64,000 bases of DNA from Bacteriovoracia bacterium (lineage in GTDB: Bacteria > Bdellovibrionota > UBA1018 > JBFWNL01). The translations under genes and the position numbers were made by a program. The notes below the pieces were generated by a model. The model saw only the letters and a list, made by a program, of their open reading frames with translations. It was not told the origin of the DNA and made no database searches. Shown here one piece after another: positions 49,133 to 58,538 of this stretch. Location of the stretch: NCBI GenBank assembly GCA_050251055.1, contig JBFWNL010000013.1, forward strand, positions 1-64,000, given 5' to 3'. The first letter of the stretch is position 1. Each line of letters begins with the position of its first letter.

Positions 49133-52100
49133 ATAGAGACCTTCCGTCCGTTCGCAGACATAGTTTTCCATGCCGGGAAATACGCCTACGCGCGTGACGA
49201 GTAGTCCGATGGAATTCCCATCGCGCTGCACGCGGCCCGTGATGACCAAGAAGCAATGATCCAGGATGAATTCCTTGTATTTTTCGAAAGGCTTTTTGTA
49301 GACGGTGAGATCCAGAAACCCGTGCTCGTCTTCTAAAGTCGCGAAGACAGTTCCCTTCGCGGTGGGCGGACGCTGCATGTGGATGGAGATGCCGGGAACC
49401 GAAATGAGCGTGCCGTGTTTTTGTCGACGTACGTCGGCCGTGGTGACTTTCGGTAAGCGGGGAAATTTCTTACGTAGGGCCTGCATGGGGTGCCCCAGGG
49501 TCGAGAGACGATAAGAATCGTAATCGGCGCAAAGTTCTCCGTAATCGTCCAGCTTGGCGAGTCGTGCTTCGGCGGTGGGATCGCGTGCAAAGCTTAAATT
49601 TTGAAAGAGGGTAAGCTGCTCACCGGCTTCCGCGCTCGTTCCGCCCCCGTAAATGGGCTGCTCTTCTAAAATGGCCCAGAGCGCGTTGCGGCGGTCGAAT
49701 CCGAATGGCTCGAATGCGTTACCGAGGGCGAGGCGATGCAAGATCGGCGGCCGAATATGCGCGCGTTTCACGAAGTCGCTCAGGCTTCGGAATCGCCCTC
49801 CGCGTTCGCGCTCGGCCACGAGCGCCTGAGCCTCGGCTTTGCGCATGCCTTGGACATAGCGAAGCCCCACGCGCAGGGCGCGCGAATTCTCCGGGGTGAT
49901 GTCCTCGAGCGCACAGTCCCACTCGGAAATATTGGGATCAATGGGCAGCACCCGCACGCCGTGGCGTTTGGCGTCGTCGATGAGCGTATGAGCCTGGTAA
50001 AACCCCATGGGCTGGGAGTTGAGCAGCGCGCAGGTAAATTCGGCGGGATGGTGACGTTTTAGATAAGCTGACACGTATGCGAGATGCGCGAAGGAGGCGG
50101 CGTGGCTTTCCGGAAATCCATATTCGGCGAAACCCTGCACCTGGGAAAAAATTAGGTCGGCGAATGATTGGGGCAGGCCGCTAGCCAGTAATCCATCCAT
50201 GAGGCGTCGCCCCATAATGTCGATAGACCCGCTTGAACGCCAGGCTCCGATCGCGCGTCGGAGCTGGTCGGCCTCACCGGGCGTGAAGCCCGCGAGGCTG
50301 ATCGCCATCTGCATCACTTGCTCCTGGAAAAGGGGGACGCCTAGCGTACGTCCCAAGATGGGCTCGAGCCTAGGATCAGGCAGGGCCACCGGTTCTTCCC
50401 CACGCCGCCGCTTTAGATAGGGATGGACCATGTTTCCGGTGATGGGGCCGGGACGAACGAGCGCGACTTCGATCACTAGGTCGTAAAACGTGCGGGGGAG
50501 TAGGCGCGGAAGCATGCTCATCTGGGCGCGCGATTCTATTTGAAAAGTTCCCACGGTGTCGGCTTCGCAAATCATGTCGTAAGTCGCTTTATCATCCTGA
50601 GGAATACTGGCGAGGGTGACGTCGGGTCCCACGGCGCGCATCGCTTTTTTGAGCGCCGAAAGCATGCCGAGCGATAGGACATCCACTTTGAGTAGCCCCA
50701 GCGCGTCGAGATCGTACTTATCCCACTGCACGATCGTGCGGCCTTCCATGCGGGCGGGTTCCACGGGCACGGTTTCGACGATGGGATCGGCCGATAGTGT
50801 GAATCCGCCGGAGTGAATGGAAAGATGGCGGGGAAATCCAGAAAGTTCGTCGATGAGGCCCGTAATTTGTTCGTCCCGCGCAGTTTCTTCCGGAGACGGC
50901 CTCAATTCTCCGTTCGCGATTTTATCCCCGCGCTTTTGATATTCGCGCAGATCCATTTCCATGCCGAAAACCTTGGTGACTTCGCGGATCTTCGAGCGCT
51001 TTTTATAGGTGATGACGGCCGCGACCATGGCGGCGCGATCGCGTCCGTACTTTTCATAGATATATTGAATGACTTCCTCGCGCCGTTCGTGCTCGAAGTC
51101 GACGTCAATGTCGGGAGGCTCCCCGCGTTCGGCGGAAATAAACCGTTCAAAGAGTAGATCTATTTTGGTGGGATCCAGCGCGGTGATTTCTAGGCAATAG
51201 CAAACGACGGAGTTGGCGGCCGATCCCCGGCCTTGGCAGAGGATATCGCGCGAGCGCGCATACTTCACGATATCCCAGATGGTGAGGAAGTAATCGGGGA
51301 AATTCAGCTCGCCGATGAGTTTTAACTCGTGCAAGATCGTCGCCTGCACCGACGCGGGCACGCCCGCCGGGTAGCGCGTTCGTGCGCCCTCCCAGGTGAG
51401 TTCCGTTAGAAAGCTCTGGGCCGTGTGCGTGGCCGGAATCCATTCCGAAGGGTAGCGGTAGCGCAGCTCCGCCGGGGAGAAGGTGCAGCTTTCGGCAAGA
51501 TCCACCGTTCTGGTTAACGCCTGGGGGAGATCGGGAAAGAGCCGTGACATATCGGCGGCTGACTTGAGATGCCGCTCGCCGTTGGCGAATAAGCGGTAGC
51601 CGGCCTCATTTAACGTCACGCCTTCACGGATACAGGTCATTGTATCCTGCAGCATTCGGCGCGAAGGAACGTGCGCATGCGCGTTACCCACGGCCACGAT
51701 GGGGATTTCGTAGCGACGGGAAACGCCCAGCGCTCGGGCGGTGTTCTCGCGGTCGCGCGCTTCCAAGCCACGAGAGAGGGGCACGGAAAGTCGATCCCCA
51801 AAGAGTGACTGCAACACGCCCCAGTCCCAGTCCTCCCCGGCGTGTAGCTCGGGCGCGAGCTCAGGCAGTGCGATCAGCCCCGCGCTGCCGGGGTGGGTGA
51901 GTCCGCGTAAAAGCTCATCCCAGTTAAGCGCGGCCTCGCCCTTGGGCTTATCCGCGTGCGCGGTGGTGATCAGTCGACAAAGGCAGCCGTAGGCCGCACG
52001 GTCGCGCGCAAGTAAAGTTAGCGCGGGCAAATCCCGCATCGTGATTTCCGCGCCGACGATCAGTCGCGTACCGGCGGCTCCGGTGGGACGGTCTTTGATG

Positions 52101-52258
52101 GCGAGATAGGCTTTGGGGATTCCGTAGACGCCGTTTTTATCGGTAACGGCCAGGGAATGGAGGCCGAGCTGAGAGGCCTGCCGCATCATCTCCTCGGGGG
52201 AAGAGGCTCCGCGTAGGAATGAATAATGCGTGTAGGACTTCAGCTCGGCGTACGACAT
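49127..52258 (-). CDS. dnaE2: Error-prone DNA polymerase DnaE2 (ImuC)
   Basis: YAEL...HYSFLRGASSPEE, QGRGSAANS, EPPDIDVDFEHERREE, FPRHLSIHSGGF, YGFPESHAASFA, QRPPTAKG. Confidence 0.96.
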   Translation of the reverse strand: MSYAELKSYTHYSFLRGASSPEEMMRQASQLGLHSLAVTDKNGVYGIPKAYLAIKDRPTGAAGTRLIVGAEITMRDLPALTLLARDRAAYGCLCRLITTAHADKPKGEAALNWDELLRGLTHPGSAGLIALPELAPELHAGEDWDWGVLQSLFGDRLSVPLSRGLEARDRENTARALGVSRRYEIPIVAVGNAHAHVPSRRMLQDTMTCIREGVTLNEAGYRLFANGERHLKSAADMSRLFPDLPQALTRTVDLAESCTFSPAELRYRYPSEWIPATHTAQSFLTELTWEGARTRYPAGVPASVQATILHELKLIGELNFPDYFLTIWDIVKYARSRDILCQGRGSAANSVVCYCLEITALDPTKIDLLFERFISAERGEPPDIDVDFEHERREEVIQYIYEKYGRDRAAMVAAVITYKKRSKIREVTKVFGMEMDLREYQKRGDKIANGELRPSPEETARDEQITGLIDELSGFPRHLSIHSGGFTLSADPIVETVPVEPARMEGRTIVQWDKYDLDALGLLKVDVLSLGMLSALKKAMRAVGPDVTLASIPQDDKATYDMICEADTVGTFQIESRAQMSMLPRLLPRTFYDLVIEVALVRPGPITGNMVHPYLKRRRGEEPVALPDPRLEPILGRTLGVPLFQEQVMQMAISLAGFTPGEADQLRRAIGAWRSSGSIDIMGRRLMDGLLASGLPQSFADLIFSQVQGFAEYGFPESHAASFAHLAYVSAYLKRHHPAEFTCALLNSQPMGFYQAHTLIDDAKRHGVRVLPIDPNISEWDCALEDITPENSRALRVGLRYVQGMRKAEAQALVAERERGGRFRSLSDFVKRAHIRPPILHRLALGNAFEPFGFDRRNALWAILEEQPIYGGGTSAEAGEQLTLFQNLSFARDPTAEARLAKLDDYGELCADYDSYRLSTLGHPMQALRKKFPRLPKVTTADVRRQKHGTLISVPGISIHMQRPPTAKGTVFATLEDEHGFLDLTVYKKPFEKYKEFILDHCFLVITGRVQRDGNSIGLLVTRVGVFPGMENYVCERTEGLYR

Positions 52259-52299
52259 GGCAAACTCGGGGCATTTAGACTCAATTGGATTTTAAAGTT

Positions 52300-53853
52300 T
52301 TAATCAAAAAATCCCTGGAGGAAGAGCGGGGCGAACACGCCGGCCGCAACCGATGCGGCGGCCCCCGTCGAGCCAGCCGATTTTGAGATCCGGTCCGCAT
52401 AAAGCCAAAGTTTTTCTCCCGTGGTGGTCAGGACTTGGAAATAGTCGCGATCGAAGGCGTGCTTCGGATTCCACCATTCGCCGTTCAAGCGCTCGGGGCC
52501 TTGGATGGATTGGATTTCCCAGTCTCCGATGCGATTGCCGATGCGTTTCACTGGAATAGGTTCGCGCAAGAGACGCGAAGGACGCCCGAAGCGACGACGC
52601 AGTGGCGCGGGCGGTGGCGGATTGGCAAGCGCGCCGGTTCCCCCGCCGCCTTCGCTATCGGCGGTGGGTTTCAGACGGCGCCAAGCGGCTTCGGGCCGGT
52701 AGCTCTCGATCGTGGACGCGATGAAAACCCGCTCCGGGCTGGGTTCAGCGCGGGTGGCGCCGACGGGCGATGCTTTCCGAGCATCGGCTGGGGAGGCGTC
52801 TTGAACCGCCTCCCGCGCGATGTCGTGCATGAGCCGCTCGAGCAGCGCGGCCTGGTCTTCGGCTACGCGTTCGCGGGCGTTGAAGAAGTCGCGTTGCGCG
52901 CCCATGCCCGGCGCCGTTTGCGTGACCCAGATCCCAACTTTTTGCACGGGCGCCGCCAGAGGATTCCGCTGGAGATCTGCGCCCAGCAAGTCGCGCAAAA
53001 TGGGAATCACTCCCGCCGCCGATCCCTGCGGGATCGAAAACGGCAGATCCCACTGACGTTTCTGGCTCGCGCGTCGGCCCCACTTCGCGAGCTCGAGCCG
53101 CACTTCCACGCGTGCCATGCGAAGGGCGCTCGTGCGGAGTCGCGCCCCCAGGCGATCGGTCAGCGTTTTCAGCAGGAAGAGCATCGGTTCCAGGCTATAG
53201 GCATCGCCGCCCACGCCGTTGCCTTCCAGGATGTCGGAGAGATCCATTTCCTCGGCAAAGACGGGTGGGGGTGTGTACCCGATCCATGGGTGGTCCACGG
53301 GCTGAGCGGAGGGATTGCCTTCGGCGACCGATAATAGTTGGCGCATCCGTAGCGCAAGTTCCCCGAAACGAGACGAGAGCGAGCGTTCGGGCAGGCGCAG
53401 GAACCCCCCCAAGTCGGCGATTCCCAGCATTTTCATTTTCGTGATAATCCCGCGCGCCTCTTTCTTTTGGTCGAGCTGTAATTCCAGCGGCGAGGTCATC
53501 TCCACCAGATAATCGATGGGGATGCGTACGAGCTGGGTGGACTTCGCGCGCGCGGTTAGCCACGCGAGCGCCACTGACGAATGAAAAGAAACGCTCCCGC
53601 GGTAACCAAAACGGCGCGCCGTCGCGAGCAGGCGCGCCTGCAGGCTCGCTTCCGTATAAAGCGTCGAGCAACGGCTGATCTCGAGGAAGATCGCGCCGTA
53701 GGGGCTGACGGCAACCTGCGGGCTAAAGCGCCCGCAGGCTTGGGCGACGCTGTCAATCGACGATGCGGTCGTAGATGCAGATTGGCCGCGAAGAACGAGG
53801 CAGGCAATACGAGACGGGCGAGACGAGCGGGGCGAATGGTTTAGGCGGGCCAT
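52300..53853 (-). CDS. imuB: ImuB, inactive Y-family polymerase-like protein
   Basis: RFSPQVA, L..RFG, YRPEAAW, RP.RLL..P, GPERLNGEWW...RDYF; lies between imuA and dnaE2. Confidence 0.85.
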   Translation of the reverse strand: MARLNHSPRSSRPSRIACLVLRGQSASTTASSIDSVAQACGRFSPQVAVSPYGAIFLEISRCSTLYTEASLQARLLATARRFGYRGSVSFHSSVALAWLTARAKSTQLVRIPIDYLVEMTSPLELQLDQKKEARGIITKMKMLGIADLGGFLRLPERSLSSRFGELALRMRQLLSVAEGNPSAQPVDHPWIGYTPPPVFAEEMDLSDILEGNGVGGDAYSLEPMLFLLKTLTDRLGARLRTSALRMARVEVRLELAKWGRRASQKRQWDLPFSIPQGSAAGVIPILRDLLGADLQRNPLAAPVQKVGIWVTQTAPGMGAQRDFFNARERVAEDQAALLERLMHDIAREAVQDASPADARKASPVGATRAEPSPERVFIASTIESYRPEAAWRRLKPTADSEGGGGTGALANPPPPAPLRRRFGRPSRLLREPIPVKRIGNRIGDWEIQSIQGPERLNGEWWNPKHAFDRDYFQVLTTTGEKLWLYADRISKSAGSTGAAASVAAGVFAPLFLQGFFD

Positions 53854-54425
53854 GCGATTTCTCCTTTGGATGGGGGTTGGGTGGTGGACGGTTGCTTGAG
53901 ATTGAAAACTTCGGGCGCTCCCGTGCGCGGATTCCGCGAGACGCGAATCCGGCGCGAGATGGCCCAGTGGTTGGGGGACGGTGTGGTTTGGAGCAGGAAA
54001 AGGATAGTCTTGGATTTGAGCGCCGCGAGTTGCAGCTTGCGCAACGAGAGCTCGTCGAGCGCGCGGATTTCGTCGCCCAATCCGGCTGCCCCCAGCACGA
54101 CCGCGGGGTAGACCTGGCTACGCACGATCGTGAGCACGGTCGCAAGTACGCGCGCGGGCGTGGGTTGTACGAAGAGCACGCGCGAAAGCGCGATGCGGGA
54201 TTCTTCGAGCGTGCAGGGGTAGAGGGTGAAATCGCTCTCCACCCAAGCGGCCGTCAGATCGCGGTTTTCGCGCAGAAAGCTCAGAACCCACTCGGTCTTG
54301 CCGCCGCCCAGGGGGCCGCTGACTTCGGTCAGTGCACCGCAGGGGATGGTGTCCCGAAACTCGCTCTGAGGGGCGATTTTCAGGATGTTCGGCAGGTTCT
54401 TAAGTTGGGTCAGGGTGGGTTTCAT
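53841..54425 (-). CDS. imuA: ImuA (RecA/SulA-like)
   Basis: P.GALTEVSGPLGGGKT, AWVE...YP, RKLQLAA; first gene of the cassette. Confidence 0.85.
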   Translation of the reverse strand: MKPTLTQLKNLPNILKIAPQSEFRDTIPCGALTEVSGPLGGGKTEWVLSFLRENRDLTAAWVESDFTLYPCTLEESRIALSRVLFVQPTPARVLATVLTIVRSQVYPAVVLGAAGLGDEIRALDELSLRKLQLAALKSKTILFLLQTTPSPNHWAISRRIRVSRNPRTGAPEVFNLKQPSTTQPPSKGEIAWPA

Positions 54426-54467
54426 ATACGTTGGTTCAATTTGCGTTTTGGCTACTTTTCAAGTATA

Positions 54468-54485
54468 ACCATACAAACGTATGGT
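54468..54485. promoter_or_regulatory. Candidate LexA operator
   Basis: Perfect palindrome ACCATAC-AAAC-GTATGGT overlapping TATAAC (-10-like, 54464-54469) and the lexA ATG. Confidence 0.55.
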
Positions 54486-55119
54486 ACACAAAAAATCTTA
54501 CTCTAACGACCCCGTCAACGCTCCGTCACTCACGGAAAAACAGGCTAAGGTCCTTGCTTTCATTGAAAATGAAATTACCCGAGCGGGCCGTCCCCCTACA
54601 TTGCGCGACATAGCAAAACATCTCGGGCTGCGGGCCGTCGGCACGGTGCAAGACCACGTGGCGGCGCTTTTGCGGAAGGGTTTTTTGCAGAAAGAAGAGG
54701 GCACGGTTTGCGGATTACGCCCGAGCTATCACTCGGAAGCGCGCGCGATTCCCATTCTAGGCATGGTGCCCGCGGGCAATCCTATTGAGGCCATCCCCGA
54801 CGCGTTGGGATCACTCACCGTGCCCGCGCACAAGTTGCGGGGTGAGCTCTTCGCCCTTAAAGTAAAAGGCGACAGCATGATCGACGCGGGGATTTTAGAA
54901 GGCGATCTCGTCGTCGTTAAGAAACAGTCGCAGGCGGATCACGGGCAAATTGTCGTGGCCATGCTTGATGGCGAGGCGACCGTGAAGCGGCTCGATAAGG
55001 CGAAGGGGCGGTTGCGCTTGCTGCCGGAAAACTCCCGCTATGCGCCCATTGAACTCGATCCCACCCGCGACAACGTCATCCAAGGCGTGGTTGTTTCGGT
55101 GCAGCGTTTTTTGGCGTAG
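54481..55119 (+). CDS. lexA: LexA repressor
   Basis: LTEKQ, PPTLRDI wHTH, VPAG cleavage site, GDSM (Ser), ATVKR (Lys). Confidence 0.95.
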   Translation: MVHKKSYSNDPVNAPSLTEKQAKVLAFIENEITRAGRPPTLRDIAKHLGLRAVGTVQDHVAALLRKGFLQKEEGTVCGLRPSYHSEARAIPILGMVPAGNPIEAIPDALGSLTVPAHKLRGELFALKVKGDSMIDAGILEGDLVVVKKQSQADHGQIVVAMLDGEATVKRLDKAKGRLRLLPENSRYAPIELDPTRDNVIQGVVVSVQRFLA

Positions 55120-55131
55120 CCGTCTTTTGAG

Positions 55132-55875
55132 TTATGGATTTACTTTGATCTCAACCGGCGGCGGAGCCTTCTCCTTGCCCGCGATGAAGCTGAGCCCCAT
55201 TGGGTTTGCGTAGGTCTCTTTCTTGTATACGTCCTTGCCTGACCAGAAACGGGTTTTGACCCAAACGTCCTTGGTGTAAGTCTGGTTTTTAATTTCGTAT
55301 TCGCAATCGGCCTTGCCTGCAAATCCAGTGAGTCGCCACTTCGGGTACCAGCTCCAATCGTCGGCATCGGCGCTCGGGTTTGCGTCGTTCGTTCCATTGA
55401 AATCGATATAGAAGGTTTCTTCTTCGCCTTTGAAAAGCGCGCGCGCCTGCGTGAAGTCGAGACTGAAGTCCTCGAAGTAGCGTCGGCCGTCGTAAATCAC
55501 TTTCCAGTGCGTGCATTCGCCTTTTTGATTCCGTTGTTCACAGTCCCCGCGGGTGAACCGCGGATAGATTAACCGAAACGTCACGAGCTTGGGGGTGTCG
55601 AACGTTCGCTTAACGAGAATGGGGCCAATGTGCGCGGAAGCGTAGTTGTTCTTTCGAACGGAGTCCCGAAACTCGCTAGAGTCGTGGGTGTATTGGATTA
55701 GGCCCTCGTTCAGCGCGATCGGCACGACCACTGGCACGGCCGGTGGCGCGGCTGCCGCCGGGGGCGGCACGACGGCGGCATCTGGCGCGCCAGGCCCTTC
55801 ATCGCTGAATCCGTGGATAGGTAAAGTCAGTAGCAGGGCCGCCCAAACGATGTGCATTCGCATGGAAATGTTCAC
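55132..55875 (-). CDS. Secreted hypothetical protein
   Basis: Signal peptide, Pro/Ala linker, beta-rich domain. Confidence 0.6.
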   Translation of the reverse strand: MNISMRMHIVWAALLLTLPIHGFSDEGPGAPDAAVVPPPAAAAPPAVPVVVPIALNEGLIQYTHDSSEFRDSVRKNNYASAHIGPILVKRTFDTPKLVTFRLIYPRFTRGDCEQRNQKGECTHWKVIYDGRRYFEDFSLDFTQARALFKGEEETFYIDFNGTNDANPSADADDWSWYPKWRLTGFAGKADCEYEIKNQTYTKDVWVKTRFWSGKDVYKKETYANPMGLSFIAGKEKAPPPVEIKVNP

Positions 55876-55955
55876 TCCTAATGCGGTGCATTACGTCTGC
55901 GGTGGTTTTCCCGCTACATAAAACGGCTTAAAACTACGGAAACACGGGTGACCGC

Positions 55956-56255
55956 CTAACGGCGGCCTTCTCTTGGACAGTCATCCCAAGACAAGCCGGT
56001 GGCGTTTGGGTGGTAGCAATCCACCGACTCGCATTCGATTTTTTCCGAAGTGTCTTCATTCGTTTGGTAACAAACGTAGACGTTATGATCGCACTTCGTG
56101 GCGGGCCAATTATGCGTGGCTGGATCGTAAGTTTGATAGCTACGCTGGAAAAAACATTCGACCTTTTTGCGAGGTGCGAGCGAAATAGCTGACGCACTGG
56201 TGGCCTGGAACAACATTAAGCAAATCGCGGACAATACGAGATAACGCTGGTTCAT
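55956..56255 (-). CDS. Small secreted Cys-rich protein
   Basis: Signal peptide ending ASA; six Cys in the mature part; purine-rich RBS. Confidence 0.65.
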   Translation of the reverse strand: MNQRYLVLSAICLMLFQATSASAISLAPRKKVECFFQRSYQTYDPATHNWPATKCDHNVYVCYQTNEDTSEKIECESVDCYHPNATGLSWDDCPREGRR

Positions 56256-56288
56256 GATGGAACCCCCCTTTTTTTGAAATTTAAGTCT

Positions 56289-58373
56289 CTAGCGGCAAAT
56301 CGGGCCCATCCAGTTGTGGCCACCTTGATCGCCCGGCGGATGGTAGGTGGTGATGCCCACCATGACCTTCCCGGCCGGACAGCTGAACTCCTGATGCCCA
56401 TCTTGGTTGATGTACAAACACGCGCCCGCCACCGACGTTGCCGGATTGGCGCAGCCGCGGGTGGTGGTGCCCGAACCCGGCGTCTCGCGCCATTCGACGC
56501 GACCGTTGTCGTTGGAGGCGACCAGCATCTTTCCCGCCGCTGGCATGCGGCTGGGATTGGCGGCGATGTGGGAAGCGTCCACGATGAAAACTTCCGAGTT
56601 GTTGTCCGCCGAGTTGCTGCGAATGACCATGCGTCCGGCTTCCTTGTTGGCGCCCGTGCGCGTGAGCGTGAACGATCCGTAGGATCCAACCGGATCGTTC
56701 CAGGCGTGCATCGAGATCTGACCGATGTTTTCCTTGTCGGCGAGCTTCACCGATCGCGTCTGCAGAGCCATGGTGTTCCCGCCGTCCGGGCTGCCCGGAA
56801 CCATGATGCCGCGGTTCCATAGCGTGACCAAGCTAACGTTCGGATTGTGCGAACCCAGCTCGATGTCGTTGCCGTGGCCTGCCAGGTAGCCTTGAAAATT
56901 ACCCAGGCTTGGCCCCTGGGTATAGATCGCGGTTTGGTTGCTGAAGCGCACTTCGCCGTCGACGTCCAAGTTAAAGCGGACGCTCGCCCCATTATTCAGG
57001 CGCGCGGTGCCGGCGACGGCGAGGTTTCGTCCCACGCTGAAATCGCGGCGCATATTGATGTCGCCGGTGGAGTGGATTTCCATGTTCACCCCGTAGTTCG
57101 CCGAATCCGGGCCGTCATAGGTTTCAAAATACAGCTTCGACGGCGTGGAGTTCGAGCTCCAGTTGCCGGTGGAGCGCGCGACCATGCGGAATGCGCTATC
57201 GGATCCACCCGGCGTGTTCATGGCTTTCGCCGTGTGGTCATCGCTGTAGTTAACGTTGCGGCCCGCGAAAGTGAGCATGCCCAGGATATCGCCCGCGCGG
57301 GTGAACTGCGTGCGGGTAGCGCCGCCGGAGCGCGGCCGACCCGCTGGAGTTTGATTGGTGTCCAGCGAAGGATCGGTTCGAGCCGCCGGATTTCCCGCAA
57401 GGGTACGGCCGAAGTCACCCAACGGAATGGGGTTGACCTCTGCCCGGAAATTCATGCGCGGGAAGAAAAAAGTCGAGTCACCCGTGGCTTTCAGATCCAA
57501 GGCGTGGAATGGAACAGTTTCCCGACCGATGTCCTTAGTGAGCCCGATCCCACCGGCCACGCTGAGCCAGCCGGCCGGATCCCCGGCGCGGGAGGCGTAG
57601 GCGTTTTGCACTTCCTGCACCGTCGAGGCGACGGCGAGACGAGTGAGCGAGCAACGTACCTGCGAGCTCGCGGCGTTGTAAGTCCCGCCGAAATCGCGGC
57701 AGATGTCGGCGGCCACGCTGCCTTGCGCGCCCGAGTTAGCGTTGGCGTAACAGCGGCCGATCGCCACCTGCTGGTTCACGTTTCCGGTTGCGGGCGTTTG
57801 CAAGGTGACGACAAAGTCTTGCTCATGATCACGCGGTCCCATGGCACGTGTGCTGTCGGGAGAGCGATCCTGCCAGCGCACCACGAGGCGGGCGAGTGCT
57901 TGCCGGTGCGCCACGCTCGTACCGCCGACGTCGATGTTGACGTTCGGCAACGCCGGCGCGCCGGCCATCGCGTTCAGTGACATGCCAGTGATGACGTATC
58001 CGTTTCCGGTCGGTTGAGAGACCGCCAAAGCCTGGGTACCCGCGAGGATCCGGTCCACGAAACCCGCCTGGGGGCTTGCGCCCGAGGTGCCGAAGTTGTA
58101 GGTAGCGGCGCCGTTACCCAAGCGCATGGCTTGACCGCAAAGATTTTCGTTCGATAGCACGTGCTGGATCTGCGACGAAACGATGTTGCGCTCGCTGACG
58201 TTGCTCGATTGCTTGAGCGCCTTTTGCGTGTTCGTCGACATGGTCGCGCTATAAAGCGCTAAACCCGCCATCAGGCTCGCGGCGACCATGAGCTCGATCA
58301 GCCCAAAGCCGTCGTCGTGATTTAAAGAAATGGAAAAAGGAGAACGCCCCTGCGAATGCCCCCGAAAACCCAT
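56289..58373 (-). CDS. Prepilin-anchored fibre/adhesin-like protein, paralogue A
   Basis: DG|FGLIELMVAA; pilin module; tail-fibre-like GDILGMLTFAG and short beta repeats; Cys-rich tip. Confidence 0.8.
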   Translation of the reverse strand: MGFRGHSQGRSPFSISLNHDDGFGLIELMVAASLMAGLALYSATMSTNTQKALKQSSNVSERNIVSSQIQHVLSNENLCGQAMRLGNGAATYNFGTSGASPQAGFVDRILAGTQALAVSQPTGNGYVITGMSLNAMAGAPALPNVNIDVGGTSVAHRQALARLVVRWQDRSPDSTRAMGPRDHEQDFVVTLQTPATGNVNQQVAIGRCYANANSGAQGSVAADICRDFGGTYNAASSQVRCSLTRLAVASTVQEVQNAYASRAGDPAGWLSVAGGIGLTKDIGRETVPFHALDLKATGDSTFFFPRMNFRAEVNPIPLGDFGRTLAGNPAARTDPSLDTNQTPAGRPRSGGATRTQFTRAGDILGMLTFAGRNVNYSDDHTAKAMNTPGGSDSAFRMVARSTGNWSSNSTPSKLYFETYDGPDSANYGVNMEIHSTGDINMRRDFSVGRNLAVAGTARLNNGASVRFNLDVDGEVRFSNQTAIYTQGPSLGNFQGYLAGHGNDIELGSHNPNVSLVTLWNRGIMVPGSPDGGNTMALQTRSVKLADKENIGQISMHAWNDPVGSYGSFTLTRTGANKEAGRMVIRSNSADNNSEVFIVDASHIAANPSRMPAAGKMLVASNDNGRVEWRETPGSGTTTRGCANPATSVAGACLYINQDGHQEFSCPAGKVMVGITTYHPPGDQGGHNWMGPICR

Positions 58374-58407
58374 ATACCATTACCCCCGAAGCCGAATCCC
58401 CAACCCT

Positions 58408-58439
58408 AGGATACGGAATATGACTCTTTGCGTCAAATT
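58408..58439 (-). promoter_or_regulatory. sigma70-type promoter with TTGAC-N7-GTCA operator
   Basis: TTGACG-N17-TATCCT; AATTTGAC-GCAAAGA-GTCA. Confidence 0.65.
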
Positions 58440-58538
58440 TTTCACGCAGAGGGGAGGTCACGGTGGACACGGGGATGGATTTCTAAAGCTCGCGTATTTT
58501 GGCCTAAATTCGCGAGTTTTTAGGCACTTTGAGTTTTC

